A DNA stretch of 64,000 bases from Camelus ferus (taxonomy: Eukaryota): assembly GCF_009834535.1 (NCBI RefSeq), contig NC_045696.1, forward strand, positions 99,140,001 to 99,204,000. Reading direction: 5' to 3'. A program made the translations under genes and the position numbers. Positions 1 to 12,990 of this stretch are shown here, piece by piece. The notes beneath the pieces are model-generated. The model was not told the origin of the DNA, did no database searches, and saw only the letters and a list, made by a program, of their open reading frames with translations. The stretch's first letter is position 1. Every line of letters starts with the position of its first letter.

Positions 1-500
1 GGTTCATAAAGCCAAATCCAGCTGCTACATTTGGACCTACATAAGGAATCCACATTTTATTGCCTTCTCAGTGCTTATAAAACAATTGCTGTGGCTTCTT
101 TAGCCGCGGTGCAACTCACTCTTCTCAGTGCAAATGAGATATCCAAAAAGAACTTGTAATGTCTTTATAGTTGATTACTTAGCGGTGCTATGCGTAATAG
201 GATCCTGGTTTTACAACATTTTCTAGATATCTAAGCTAGCTTAAACAAAAACAATCTTCAACGGTATCCATAGATTGAGCAAATTACCAAAAGTGTTCAT
301 ACAGTTTCCTATGAAAACCCACAATGGTTATTAAATACTTCTGTAATCTTAGCTTTATTAAGAGACAGGAAATGCACAGCTTCCTTTCCCTCCTCGCTCA
401 GCTAATCTGGCTCTTTGATGGTCATGCGTTTGGAATAACCATGGGGTTTCCACCACAGCATCGTCTTCCCACAGCTAAATGGAATTAACCCTGTCAAGCC
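1..500. promoter_or_regulatory. Candidate conserved non-coding (enhancer-like) element, truncated by window start
   Basis: No recognisable repeat; retains CpGs; TAATCT at 344-349 and 403-408, next to TCF/LEF-type CTTTGAT at 413-419. Function is inferred only. Confidence 0.4.
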
Positions 501-502
501 TC

Positions 503-522
503 AAAAAAAAAAAAAAAAAAAA
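503..522 (+). repeat. Poly(A) tract (A20) followed by short (GA)n
   Basis: Read directly from the sequence. Confidence 0.95.
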
Positions 523-802
523 GGAGAGAGAGAGAGTGAAAAGAAAAGGGGAAAAAAAAAAAGAACACATCTCATTGTTGGAATAGAAATACATTCAGAA
601 TTTTATTTGAGTGAGTAGCAGTTATGTTAAAATACTGGCCATTTGTGCTTGAGACATTTCTGGTAGGGCCACCCATAGAAAAGAAACATCAATTTCAGAA
701 AAATGGGAATTACTCAGCTTGCAAAATGACCCACGGTTATGCTTTATTACTATCTATAGATGCCAAACATTTGGTATCTTCTCAAACATGTTTATTAAAT
801 TC

Positions 803-830
803 TTTTTTTTTTTTTTTTTTTTTTTTTTTT
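803..830 (+). repeat. Poly(T) tract (T28)
   Basis: Read directly; explains the poly-F end of ORF 624..839. Confidence 0.95.
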
Positions 831-919
831 GGATTCTGAATTAACATCTGCTACTGTTTTTAGGCAAAAGACCCAAAAATCCCAGAAGGAAAAAAAAAAT
901 AGATGGAAAAGTCAGTCCC

Positions 920-1620
920 TAGTGAGTTAACGTAAGAGTGTGACAGGGAAGCAAGTTTTCTGTGAATCGGGAAGCACGGACTAGAGTAAACCGCTGGCTA
1001 ATCCCTGTCCCGCTGAGCGGCTGCCCCAGAGGTCTGATACCGCGCCAAAGCCTCTTACGCATACTGAGACAAAGCTTATTTCAAGCCGAATTCAGTTCCT
1101 AAAGCCGCCACACTGCTCCCTAACAACGTCCAGTTGCACTGCCGCTGTATTTGTGTTTCCCGCTGTTTGTATTTACTTGTTCCCAAAGCCACAATAGCTA
1201 CAAAAACAAATACTTGTTATGCAGCGCTTTGTACTGATGCAGGTAGAGTGCTCTGCAACCTTTTTTACTTGCCCATAGCTTGTGCAAATCGGTTTTTAAT
1301 ATATGCTGAGATTAATTTGGTAATTATAAACTAGTTTAGCAACAAGTCATTGAACAACAGGTCATATAGTCACCATTTCTATTCTAGAAATAATTCTGTT
1401 TTGACCCTTGAGCAAAGATGAGCAAAGGTGTGCTCGAAAATAAATTTATTTGAGTCGTCCACTTCCTTTGCCTTGTCAGGTCCCAATTGATATTCTGTTT
1501 GGATTTTTACTGCAATCTTTTTGACCTTTGGCAAGGGATTTGCTGACTTGTCTGATTTAAATGTTTGCAACATGTTTGCAAGTTTTTTTTTAATTGGGCT
1601 AAATAGAATATAGGTGATTT
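920..1620. promoter_or_regulatory. Candidate conserved non-coding (enhancer-like) element
   Basis: Repeat-free; about a dozen CpGs in 960-1170 against a CpG-poor background; TAATCC 999-1004; nuclear-receptor half sites AGGTCA 1359-1364, TGACCC 1402-1407, TGACCT 1522-1527. Confidence 0.45.
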
Positions 1621-2019
1621 CAGGAAGGTGTTTTTATTTTTAAGTCAATTCTATTCATTCTTCATAAAAATAGGATTATGCCCATTGTGGCTGCATAAAT
1701 ACACAGCCTGCAGAAGTGTTTGTAGTCTCTCTAGTACAAGAATGTCACTGAAATCCTCTAATGTAATCTGACAGTGGTAACCGAGTACCTTTTCATAAAA
1801 GGAAAACAAATAAAGAAGATTAACTTAAGTATAATCATATGTAAAATTCAAAAATAAAAAATAGGCTTTAAGCTTTTTATTATTTAAGGCTAATATAAGC
1901 ACAAAAAATAACTGGGTGGGGAATGTATTTCATATCATTTTAAAAACTCTGTACTCAAAGAAAAACTTTGGAAAGCAAAAAGAAAATAATATTCCTACTA
2001 TTGAGATACAGATTTCTTT

Positions 2020-2730
2020 AAAAGGAAGCCCTCCTACATTGTTGGTGGGAATGTAATTTGGTGCAGCCATTATGGAAAACAGTATAGAGATTCCGCAAAA
2101 AACTAAAAATAGACTTACCATATGATCCAGCAACCCCACTCCTGGGCATATATTTAGAGGGAACTCTACTTCAAAAAGATACATGCACCCCAGTGTTCAT
2201 AGTAGCACTATTTACAATAGTCAAGACATAGAAGCAATCTAAACATCCATCAACAGATGACTGGATAAAGAAGTTGTGGTATATTTATACAGTGGAATAT
2301 TACTTGGCCATAAAAAAATAAAATAATGCCATTTGCAGCAACATGGATGGAGATGGAGTTTGTCATTCTAAGTGAAGTAAGCCAGAAAGAGGATATCACT
2401 TATATGGGGAATCTAAAAAATGATACAAATGAACTTATTTATAAAACAGAAATAGACTCACAGATATAGAAAGCAAACTTATGGTTCCAAAGGTAGGGAG
2501 GGATAGATTGAGAGTTTGGGGTTAGCAGATATAATTTACTATATATAAAATAGATAAACAACAAGGTCCTGCTGTATAGCACAGGGAACAATATTCAGTA
2601 TTTTATAATAAACTATAATGAAAAAGAATATATATGTATAACTGAATCACTATGCTGTAAGCCAGAAATGAACACAACATTGTATATCAACTATACTTCA
2701 ATAAAAATTTTAAATTTTAATTTAAAAAGA
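2020..2730 (+). mobile_element. LINE-1 3' end (ORF2 C-terminal remnant plus cetartiodactyl-type 3' UTR)
   Basis: Canonical L1 motifs ttggtgggaatgtaa..., ccatatgatccagcaa.cccactcctgggcatat, ctgtatagcacagggaac, ending caactatacttcaataaaa and an A-rich tail. Confidence 0.93.
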
Positions 2731-3704
2731 TATTTATTTTTCTAGAGCTCATCTTTCTACCTATATCATAATTAGATTATTTAAAACTGGAAAATATATA
2801 ATTGAATATTAACTAAACAGAAGATATTATGTCAAAATGTTAAGTTATCCCATGAGTACATCACAGATACAAGCTTTGAGAATCTGTCTAGTTATGATGA
2901 CATACAGCCTTCTTTTTCTTTTTAGTTATTCTTTTTTTTTTTTTCATTTAGGGAGTTACTCAAATTCAGTGTAAGTTAATTAAATTTAAAATTCATCATG
3001 TTTCTTTTCAGAAGTGAATTTTCAATCCTAGACGCTCAAGACAAAAATAAACATAAATAAGAATTAAAATAATAATCTTGTAATTCACATTGTTAGTCTT
3101 GATTGTGCTAGAAAACCACAATCTTATTTTCAGACACTCTCTTTTCTAACCTATCACGGACCACTTCATTTCTATAAAAGAGTCCCAAACACCAATATGA
3201 AAGGTGGAAACTATTGAGAGATAGAAAAATAGGTGTGAATTTAAAGCCCAAAAGAATGTTAAAATATAAATAGGCAAGGCATTGCATACCATCCCATTTC
3301 ATTAGGTTTATAGATTTAACCAACATATTTGTCAACTACTTATTTACTTCAATAACTGCGTTTGTTAATTCCAGAAAGATTATCTAGGAGATAGGTTAAG
3401 TCACAGTTTTAATAATTTTCATGTTAAATGCTTTAAGAGTGAACTTTTCGCCAATATTCTTTCAAGTGGAAATGGCAATCAGTCAGTGTAGAAGAATGAA
3501 AAATAAGTCAGTTAATAGGAGATTAGAAAGTCATCTCATACTTCCAGACTGAGACTTAGAAAAATGACAAAATCTGTTACAGAATTGTAAATCCTCTTGA
3601 ATGTATTTGTAGTTTTGTTGTATTATTCACACAAACATGTATACGGTATAAGTCCCTTCAATTTTCTACATCCATCTTTTAGTACCAGAGGGAAACGAGT
3701 AGTT

Positions 3705-3915
3705 CAGTGGTTGTCAACTGGCAGCGACTTTGCCCCCAGGAGACATTCAGCAATGTCTGGAGATACTTTTGATTATCAAAGGAAGGGAATGAGGTGCTGC
3801 TGGCATCTGGTGGGTAGAGGCCAGGGATGTTGTTAAACATCCTGCAGTGCACAGGACAGCCCCCCACACCAAAGAGTTATCTAGCCCAAAATGCCAGTGG
3901 TGTCAAGGCTGGAGG
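3705..3915 (+). mobile_element. MER20 (hAT-Charlie non-autonomous DNA transposon)
   Basis: cagtggttgtcaac...gcccccaggagacatt...ctggcatctggtgggtagaggccagggatg...gcacaggacagcccccca...cccaaaatg matches the MER20 consensus. Confidence 0.9.
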
Positions 3916-4489
3916 ACTAAAACCAAATAAACAAAAACAACAAAACACAGTAAAAGGATTCTCACTTGAGGTTTTCTTTTTTCTGTTGTTTTCCCTCCTT
4001 CCTGGGGAAAGATAGCCAAAAACCCATGATGAAACTTGTCATCATGATCACCTTTGTGATTAATCGATGCATCTGATTTTCTAATTTAAAATAATAGTTT
4101 AAAGTTCCACGGCTGTTCTTGAATATCAACTTTTGTTTGGAGTCTAGACTCTTTCTCCTGATACTTTAAATCACAGAAGCTACTTTTTTTCTCTCCATCC
4201 TCAGGATCAGACACTCTTATAAGCAAAATCAGCATTTTTCTGGACCTAGCCTATGAGATAATTTGCACTTTTCTGAAACAGAAAAAGGAAGAAAGAAGCC
4301 AGAAGCTACAGACTCTTATCCTAGGAACTGCGTGATAGGCTAGCTTTATGAGGATATCTCCAATGGAAATGACCAAACAAGGTGGGAATGCAGTGGGAAG
4401 TTATAAACTCATATGCCATCCTGGGGTTTGGATAAACTTTGTTTCCCCTCATTTAAAAATGAAGACAAGAAACACAATAATCTTCTAAC

Positions 4490-4700
4490 CCAGCACTTCC
4501 CAAAAATATATCCTCATAATAGCCCCTCAAGAAAAGAATTCAGTAGTCAAATAATATTAGAAAGCACAGCAAACAACTACAGCCAAGCTTGGAGATTTTC
4601 AACACACATTATATAGTAAAGATTCTGAGAAATGCTATAATAAAAGCTTTACTTTAGAGTTTTAACTAGCCTAGTGTTTCTCAAACTTGACCAGGGAAAT
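4490..4700. mobile_element. Degraded hAT-Charlie-type MER fragment
   Basis: cagcacttcccaaa...aagattctgagaaatgct...agtgtttctcaaacttgacca resembles old Charlie/MER elements; family uncertain. Confidence 0.4.
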
Positions 4701-6696
4701 ATTTTATTTATTGTGGTTGATTGTGTTGTCCTCTTTGCTCCTGTTAACACTTAAGAAGTACCAGCTCAGTTTTTTTAATACATAATCAAATCATGTACTT
4801 TCATCTCATCTTAAAGAGGATATAAGCTTGTATATTGTAGATGAATCATGAAACACAATGTTTTTAAGATAAAAAATATCTCTGGATGTTCAAAATCCAC
4901 CTAGCTAATGTTGTGTGCATTAATTACTAAAGATGTTCGAGAACTCCACCAGGTGCCAAACATTCTCCGATTAAAAACATTATTTCCAGCCAAAGCCAGA
5001 AAGACTTTCTAAAGCCATCTCATTTCACGCTCACATGAGCCTGTCCAAGGAGTAGACAAATGTGAACGATCAAAATTACTTCTTTCAGTTGGTATTTCTG
5101 TAATTGGAACAATTTTATCACTGTCTAACCTGTAGAACTTCAATATTGCATATTCATAAACAATATGTGGTGATTCTCCTTTTCAAGTTCGTTTTTAAAA
5201 ACTATTTCATTTCCCTATCATTTTTACAATCTATATTAAGTATGTGGACTAATGACAACAAAAAGCATTAAAATGTGCCAAGAACTGCCCCATCTGTTTT
5301 ACATGTAGTAGCTCCTGCTCAACAACCCTGAACAGTAAGGCAATTATTATTCCCATCTGAAAGCCAAGATGCATGGCACACCTTGAACTACTGGATAGAT
5401 TTAACTGGAGCATTCAGCAAATATTTTACAAACACTATTTCCTTTGTTTCTCATTTAAAACAAACTGTAAAGTGGGTATTCATCCTCTTGTTTTGCATGT
5501 GAAGACATGAAGGGAAAGAAGTGGGTCTCCCAAGATCACGAAGCCAGAAGATGAATCCAAAACGAACATTTTCCAAGGCTGTTTCTGCTCAAAGATGCTG
5601 CTGCGTGCTTTCAGGCCTTCTGGGAAACTCTTCAGGCTCGCTCCCAGCTCCTCTGTGGGGCAGCTGAGAAATACTCGCTAATCTCTGAGCTGTCTGTCCT
5701 TTGTGGCTTAGCTTGGCTAAGACACGAGAAGAGACAGTTGAGAATAACAATTATTTGGATGCCTGGAAATACCCAGCAGGTAAAAATGACCTGTGCTAAT
5801 AATGTATTTATTAAGTAGAAAAAGGTCTTCCCGCATTTCTAGCTGGAGTTTCCTTGCATAAATTAACTTTGTTTAACCTTCCTCCAGTGTTCACTGGTAT
5901 TTAGTAATGTGTCATTTCTGGACAGCTATAATAATAAAAGCAGTAAAAATAATAATGAGAAATGAAGGAAGATAAAGAAACAGATACTATAAAAATAATG
6001 TTAAATATTTTCCATCGATTTTATATTAAAACATTTAAATAATATATAAATAATTATATATTTAAAACATAATATAAAAAACTTTACATTTTAATACTTG
6101 CCTATTTATTTGCTGGAAGATGCATTTTTAATAATTAGCTCCCCAGACCTGCCTGGTACAGAATTTACTAAAGTATGTGTGGTACAAAAAGAAAGAAACA
6201 GGACTTTTTCTGGTTTTAATACTTAGTATAAGAAGCATTACAAAATGCTGAAAGAATTCTAACAGGAGATTTTATTTTTCTTACTTTAATCTAATTTCTT
6301 ACAGAAATGTTATACTAGAAAAATACAACATTTATTGGTTTACTTATTAAGCTGCTTCTTCCTGTAAGTAATCAAATTAATTCTACCTTAAATATTGTTA
6401 TCTAATTAGAAAACCAAGAAAACAAGATGTTTGTGTGTAAAACTGAACAAAGTAAACTGACTCAAAACACAAAATTTCCCTTCCTCTGTATACACTGGTT
6501 CTAATAGTTTAAATTCCAGTACCCACTTGCATTTTTGAACTCTGCTTATCAATGTACTTAGCTCTCTACATATATATATTTCATCAAAACTGTTGTATAA
6601 ATTATTCTCATAATTGATAGAAGGAGAAAATTCCCAGCCGTCTCTCAACTGGGGCCAGATTACTCTCTGAGGCTTAGGATGACAGTAGTAGTGACT

Positions 6697-6935
6697 ACAG
6701 ACTCACAGACACAGAGGAGAAACTTACAGTTACCAGGGGGTAAAGGGGGAGGGAAGGGATAAATTGGGAATTCGAAATGTGCACCTCTTGGGGAACGATG
6801 GAAATGTTAGCTATCTTGATTGCGGTGGTGGTTTCATGGGCGTAAACACCTATCAAAATTTATCAAATTGTATCTGAAATATGTGTAGTTTACTGTACAG
6901 GAGCCATACCACAACAAAAGATGTTAAAAAAAATA
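6697..6935 (+). mobile_element. Short LINE-1 3' UTR fragment with an atypical (L1MC-like) distal tail
   Basis: acagactcacagaca...gttaccaggggg...gggataaattggga, then tatcttgattgcggtggtggtttcatggg...tcaaattgta...aaatatgtgtagtttactgta and an A tail. Confidence 0.85.
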
Positions 6936-6954
6936 ATAGCAATTACAACAATAC

Positions 6955-7170
6955 TAACAGATAACATTTAGCTAGTGTTCACTTTGTGCTAGGCACTGTG
7001 TTAACTTAGTCTAACCCTCACAGCAATTCCATTAGAAAAGTACTGTTATTACTGTGAAACAATAATACACGTGATTATCATTAATGAGGACCCTGAGCCT
7101 CTGGTCCTGCGGCCAGCAGGGATGGCCAGGCATCTCAGCCTCAGAGCCAGAGCTTTTAAGCCCTCTGCTG
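6955..7170 (-). mobile_element. MIR SINE remnant
   Basis: ataacattta...tgtgctaggcactgtg...cctcacagcaa...cagagccagagctttta. Confidence 0.6.
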
Positions 7171-8874
7171 TATTAGTCCAGGAAGCACCAGGGAAGACCT
7201 TGACCTTGGCACTTTTCTTGTTTACATTTCCCTGCTTGTGCTGTCAGACTGTGTGAGCAGACCGGGTTGCCAGGGAAGGTTTGGACCTCATCAGACTTTC
7301 TGAAAGAACTTGCGACTAAGGACCTTGAGACCATGCCATCTCAAGCCTATCTCCAGAGAGTCACTCCAGTTTTAAGTCACATCCCAGAGCTTGCCAGGAG
7401 CTGTCTCACGGGGGAAGGAAACCATCAGTCAGTCACCTGAACATCTGTATCAGCGAACAGCTCTTACAAGAGCCAGAGCTTTGCCCAGTGCGTTTCAGGC
7501 CTTCTCTTGGGAACAGAAGGTTACCCCGCTGGTTTATAAAGTTGAAAACAAGCTCTTAGTCAAGTGATGGATGTGGCATCATTGCACAAGATGTTTCCTG
7601 AATAATGTCATCCTGTTCTTGGATAGCTCAAAAGGAAACTAAAAGAAAAGAAACACATTCTGGGACTCAAGTTAGTATGTTGACTAGATTCATGCTGAAC
7701 AGCGAAAGTTTAAGGTGAATTGAAACTATCCTAAAGCCCTAAGCTGGAAACTTCCTGCAATGACCAGATTCTTTTCAGTGAGCATAGGGGAAAAGGAAGG
7801 CTAAAGAAGAATGGGGAGTGGGAAGGAAGGAGGAAAGGGGGGACAGGAGAGATAGGGAGGGGGAAAACGAAGGAGGAAAGAAATAGTAAATTAAAAAAAA
7901 TAAAATTCAAGTCCCATAATCCCACTAGAGAGTCAACTTGTATTTTTGCTGTTTCTCATGTGAGCTGAAAATTTTGTCTAGTCCTGACATATTCCTGGGG
8001 TGCAGAATATGTAAATGTAAACCATGTGATGAGGTGCAGGATCAGATAATGGATGTGACTTGTTTTTTAAAGATGACATTTTAGTGATTTATGTGAATCT
8101 GTTTTAATGCATTTATAGAAGTTCTGTAAATCTAATTTAGATATGTGAACTGAATTTTTACTTCCATATAATCCCACTATTAGAAAAGCACATTTTTTCT
8201 TAGAACTGAGGAAAACGTGTGTGCGGGTGTAGACGTGTGTCTTCTACACATAGTTTCTATCTCTTTATGTATTATCCCCTCTGTGTGTTTGTGTGTGGGC
8301 CCACATCAGACATACATGAAGGTGTCTGTCTGAAATAGTTCTAATTAAATGTTTGTATATTAAATTTATATTTGTCCATAAAAAGGAGACGTTACTATTT
8401 AATGACATTTAATTTTCACATTTTTATAAAATCAAAAATGGCCCCTTGAGGGTCCTGTTAAACAATAGTATAAAAATCATTTGTTTAATTAGTTAATTAA
8501 TTAATATTACATAAATTCATCTTTGCTTACATTATGTTTAACTGACAGAAAGTACCTGGCCACTGACTGAGTTGAAGATGATCTCAGGCAGTTAAAATCA
8601 CTGCCTCTTCTCTTCCCTTTCTATGAACTAAGAGAGAACTAGGCTTCCCGTGATGATAAGGACAGAGTTTTTGTAGACGAGGCTTGTCATTTTTATGAGA
8701 AAATGTAGGTATACCACAAAAGAATTATTAATACATAATTTTATACTTTAAATCCTCATTAATAAAAATTAAATGGTATTTTTAAAGGCAAATGATTTGT
8801 TTGTAAATGTCAACATCAAATCAAATGTCTAAGAAAACACCCTAAATTGTCAAGAACCACATGAGGTACAAAGA

Positions 8875-9690
8875 GAAATGAGGTGAAGGGCAGGCAGGGG
8901 CAAGTTCACAAAGGGCCTCACAGGCCTGAGTCAGGGTGTGGATTTTTATTCTATATAATATGTTTTATTACATTTATATGTGTGCTCATTATATATATAT
9001 CCTGTATATAATATATATAAAACCATCACATATATAAATGTAATAATGTCAAACGGTTTGATGATTATAGACAAAGGTGTAAAGTTGTGTAACCACCACC
9101 ATCAAGAAATAGATCATCACCCCGAACAGCTCCCTTGTGTCTTCCACCCTCCAGCCACTGCTGCTTTGATTTTTATTCCTATGTCATAAATGTCATATAA
9201 ATGGAATCCTGTAGCCTTTTTTGTCCTGCTTCTTTCACTTAGCATAACACCTTTCAGATGCTTCCATCTGTTGCATGTATCAGTTGTTCATTTCTGCCAA
9301 AAGAATTCAATTCCATTGGATGAATGCACTATTTGTTTATCCATTCACAGGTTGATGATAAACACGTGGGTTGTTTCTAGTTGGGGCCATTATGATTTAA
9401 GCTCTGGAGGCTTTTAGAGAAGGAGTGACATGATCTGACTTATGCTTAGAAGCAGACTTTCTGGCTCCTGGATGGAGAGTGAATTCAGTGTGTAGAGTGG
9501 GAAGCCACAGGCGGGGAAGGAAGCCCAAGAGCCCAGGTGACAGAAGATGGTGCTGGTGCAAGTGGAGATGTAGAGAAGTGAACAGAATCACAATACTTAC
9601 TTTCAAAGCAGAGGGTCGATCATTTGCAGTCATGAACAAGTGGGAAAAATCAAAGCTGCCTATGTTTTTGCCTGGAGCAACTAGATTATT
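8875..9690 (-). mobile_element. L2 remnant, interrupted by an old L1 fragment
   Basis: L2-like purine-rich text (ggatttttattct ... ggagtgacatgatctgactt ... ggtgacagaagatggtg) on both sides of the L1 insert. Confidence 0.65.
9035..9395 (-). mobile_element. Old LINE-1 (L1M/L1ME-type) 3' region
   Basis: gtgtaaccaccaccatcaag...tcatataaatggaatc...cttctttcacttagcataa...ttccatctgttgcatgtatcagt...tttgtttatccattcac. Confidence 0.8.
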
Positions 9691-11254
9691 GTGCACCTCT
9701 TCATTTCCAATTACCTAGCTCCGTATCACTTCAGCATAACCACTCTGTGGGTATCATTTAGCAAAATTAAATTTGGGACATCAAAAATTTGAAAATATAG
9801 AATTTTCTATGAAACTAACAATCGATCATGCAGTCCCGTAAAAACGAACCTTTGGTGACAGGCAGGTAACATCTTGTAATAAGCCTCTACCACACTCTCT
9901 TTCAACACAACACAATTTAATTTGTCTTCATAGTTATACTTGGAACACTAAGAGTAGATCAGAAAAGTTAAGAAATGTTCAATCTTGCCACACTCACGTT
10001 TTGTTCTAAATATTAATTTAAGAAAAATGTTAGAACTATAAGAGCCCTTGCTTATACTGGGATGTCTGCGGCAGTATGTCATTCTGTGAGATTACTCTAG
10101 TTTCACAAAATGAACTCAGTGTCCCCTTAGAAAAAAATATGGGAATAAGAATATCCTTATAAAGTATCTTCCTTTAACTCTGAGAATTGGGCACTTGTAC
10201 CCCAGTCTATAAGGAGCTTCTACCCAAAGTCTTCGTCTACTTCTAATGAGCAGACACTGTGGACTAGATTATTTTTACTGTGTACTCAGTAATTTTGGAA
10301 GTTGAACTCATTAGGTAGAGAATCACATTCTGGTTTTTCTAATATCTGAAATGTACAATCATGTAAAAGTGAGATTGTTTAATCAAATCACCTGCATTTA
10401 TACCCAAACCATATCTTCACTTTGAGCTGCACAGAATAATGAGTCTGTGAGCTTAAATTCTTAGAGAGCATTTTGGGTGAGTTCTACTTTCTCTAAACCT
10501 GGAGACACATAAACATAAAATAAATTACCAGCAGTGAGGGCTGCCCTTCACCTCCATCATCCCATGGAAAGAGAAAAATATCCTTTTAATTAATTTTGAA
10601 CCAATTCTATTTTTATATTTCCGAAAAGGCTTAGTTGTAAAGATTTCTATTTCTCCTGTTATTCAGGTTACAAATCTTTTTGTCTGTGCCTCTTTTCTTT
10701 GTCTATGTTAACAAAAGAATCCATAAATTGAAAAGCACATGATATTTGGTGAACCTATGCAGTTAGCTTTATAGTGCATGGCAGCCTCGTTTTGAGTTAC
10801 AGAGTATATATGTGTGAATGACATATTAGAACACACACATATATTGTCAATATTACGACCTGTTGAGTGAATATATATAAATGTGTATCAGTGACTATTA
10901 GCATTAAGTTCATAAAATACCTCATTTAGCTGCTTTTTTTGTTGGTTACATGCCAATGTTAGACTTAAGAAGGAAAACTATTGCTAGATTTTTGCACACA
11001 CGTGTGATTTTTTCAAGTCTTGCATTTCCATACCATACTGCCTAACTCAGAACTATAATACTGAGATAGATTAATTCTTGTAATTACAAAAAGCTCCACT
11101 GAGCTTTTAGAATAAAAAACATAACAACAGGTATTTATGTGTTGTTTTCCCATGTTGTTGATATTGGTTTTTAAAGCTAATGGGAATAAAAATCTTAGGC
11201 GCTCCTATGCTGCGGAGCACTTTAGTGATAAAATTGCTTTGTTAATTTTTCATT

Positions 11255-11390
11255 TTTTAAAACAAGCATTTAGTAGGTGCCTAGGTTGTATCACACACTG
11301 TGTTAAACATTGAGGATATAGAGATAAGCAAGAAATGGTCCTGTCCTCCAAAGTTCATTTTGTGGGAGGGAGACATTGCACCGTAATAAG
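11255..11390 (-). mobile_element. L2 3' end remnant
   Basis: aacaagcatttagtaggtgcct...cactgtgttaaacattgaggatatagagataa...gtcctgtcctc. Confidence 0.65.
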
Positions 11391-11714
11391 TCAGTTCAAA
11401 AGTAATAGCGTCAAACTATGCAAATATCTATGCATATGATGAGCATATATGTACACTCACACACATACTCTCACGCATACATACACCACCCCAGACTTTG
11501 CCGAGATACATATCCCTGCCACTTCACACCCTTTCCTCTCCAAGCATTTGAAAGACTATCCCACTGCCATTTAACAATACATCATAAATACATAAACTTT
11601 TATTATATATATGGCAGCCACTTTGTAATTCTTTTTCTGAAATTGTATCCTATTTTTATTATACATCGTACATCTCATAATTTGGAATACACATTATTTT
11701 GGTGTATTTTAATC

Positions 11715-11870
11715 TATGACAAGCCTGGTGACTTCAGGCAGTTTTTCATTCCCTCTGCAAAGTGGGGTGATAAGACCTGCTTTACAGGGCAACTGTCAGG
11801 ATTTTATAGGACAATGTACGTAATGAACAACAGCCGACATTAGAAGGAGCTGAATGAAGGGTCGCTATTT
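11715..11870 (+). mobile_element. MIR SINE remnant
   Basis: ctctgcaaagtggggtgataagacctgctttacagggcaactgtcaggatt. Confidence 0.6.
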
Positions 11871-12669
11871 CCATCGGCAGCAGTAGTGTTGTCATTGATA
11901 ATCAAACTCGGCTGCAGTGTTTCTTGCCAACAATGAGCACATGTCAGCCAGCTGGGTTGCTGGAATTTGGAATTCAGCTCTGCCACTTACAACATTTTAC
12001 TTTCAGAACATTAATAAATAAGTGAAATTCTCCTGTGTAATCAGCTCTGGGCATCTCAATTGAAATACAGTAGAAGCCCTTTAACACACACTTACATTAA
12101 AACACATTTTTGGTTCATTCGCGTTTCCGTACCAAAAAACTCCCCCCCCAAAAAACCACCCCCCAAAAAAGCTCATACATTTTATTTCCTTCTAGACTTG
12201 GTGTAAAGTCCTGGAAATACAAAGATACATAAAGGAAAAGTCATGTCAAGGAGGAAAAATCTTAAAAGGAAAAGACATTGGTATACAGCTAATGGCGATA
12301 CAAGGTGAGGTGTACTATAAGAAATGTTTGCAAGTATTAAGACAGGGAAAGAAGAAAAGAATGGTTAGGAAAGACTCTGTAGGACTTCACATTCAAACCT
12401 TTATAACAAATTACATGTAATATTGATCTATTATGTTCTGTATGTTATACTTGGGAGACACATGTGTCTATTGCTACACACACGCACAGACTTTTCTAAA
12501 TTCTAGATGCTTTCCGTCTTAAATCAAGTAGGGCATTTTTCTCCCACCTGGACATGATTTTCTCCCACTAGACACTGAGCAAGTCATATTCAGAAGTTAA
12601 ATGTGTATATTAATGCAGCCAGATTATGTACTCATGGACAGGTACATTGACACAAAAGCTTGCTGAGAA

Positions 12670-12990
<321 letters not shown>

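Noticed and set aside
1..1620. Identification of the locus as a specific known enhancer cluster (PAX6/ELP4 downstream region was considered)
   Set aside because: No exon or sequence I can positively match; naming the locus needs an alignment
4025..4080. Possible C/D-box snoRNA (ATGATGA 4026-4032, CTGA 4073-4076) with an 8-bp hairpin
   Set aside because: The boxes are only ~40 nt apart, the C box is sequestered in the hairpin, the terminal stem is weak and I see no rRNA-complementary guide
11418..11843. 141-aa plus-strand ORF
   Set aside because: Runs through CA/TA-rich low-complexity sequence and a MIR; no recognisable homology
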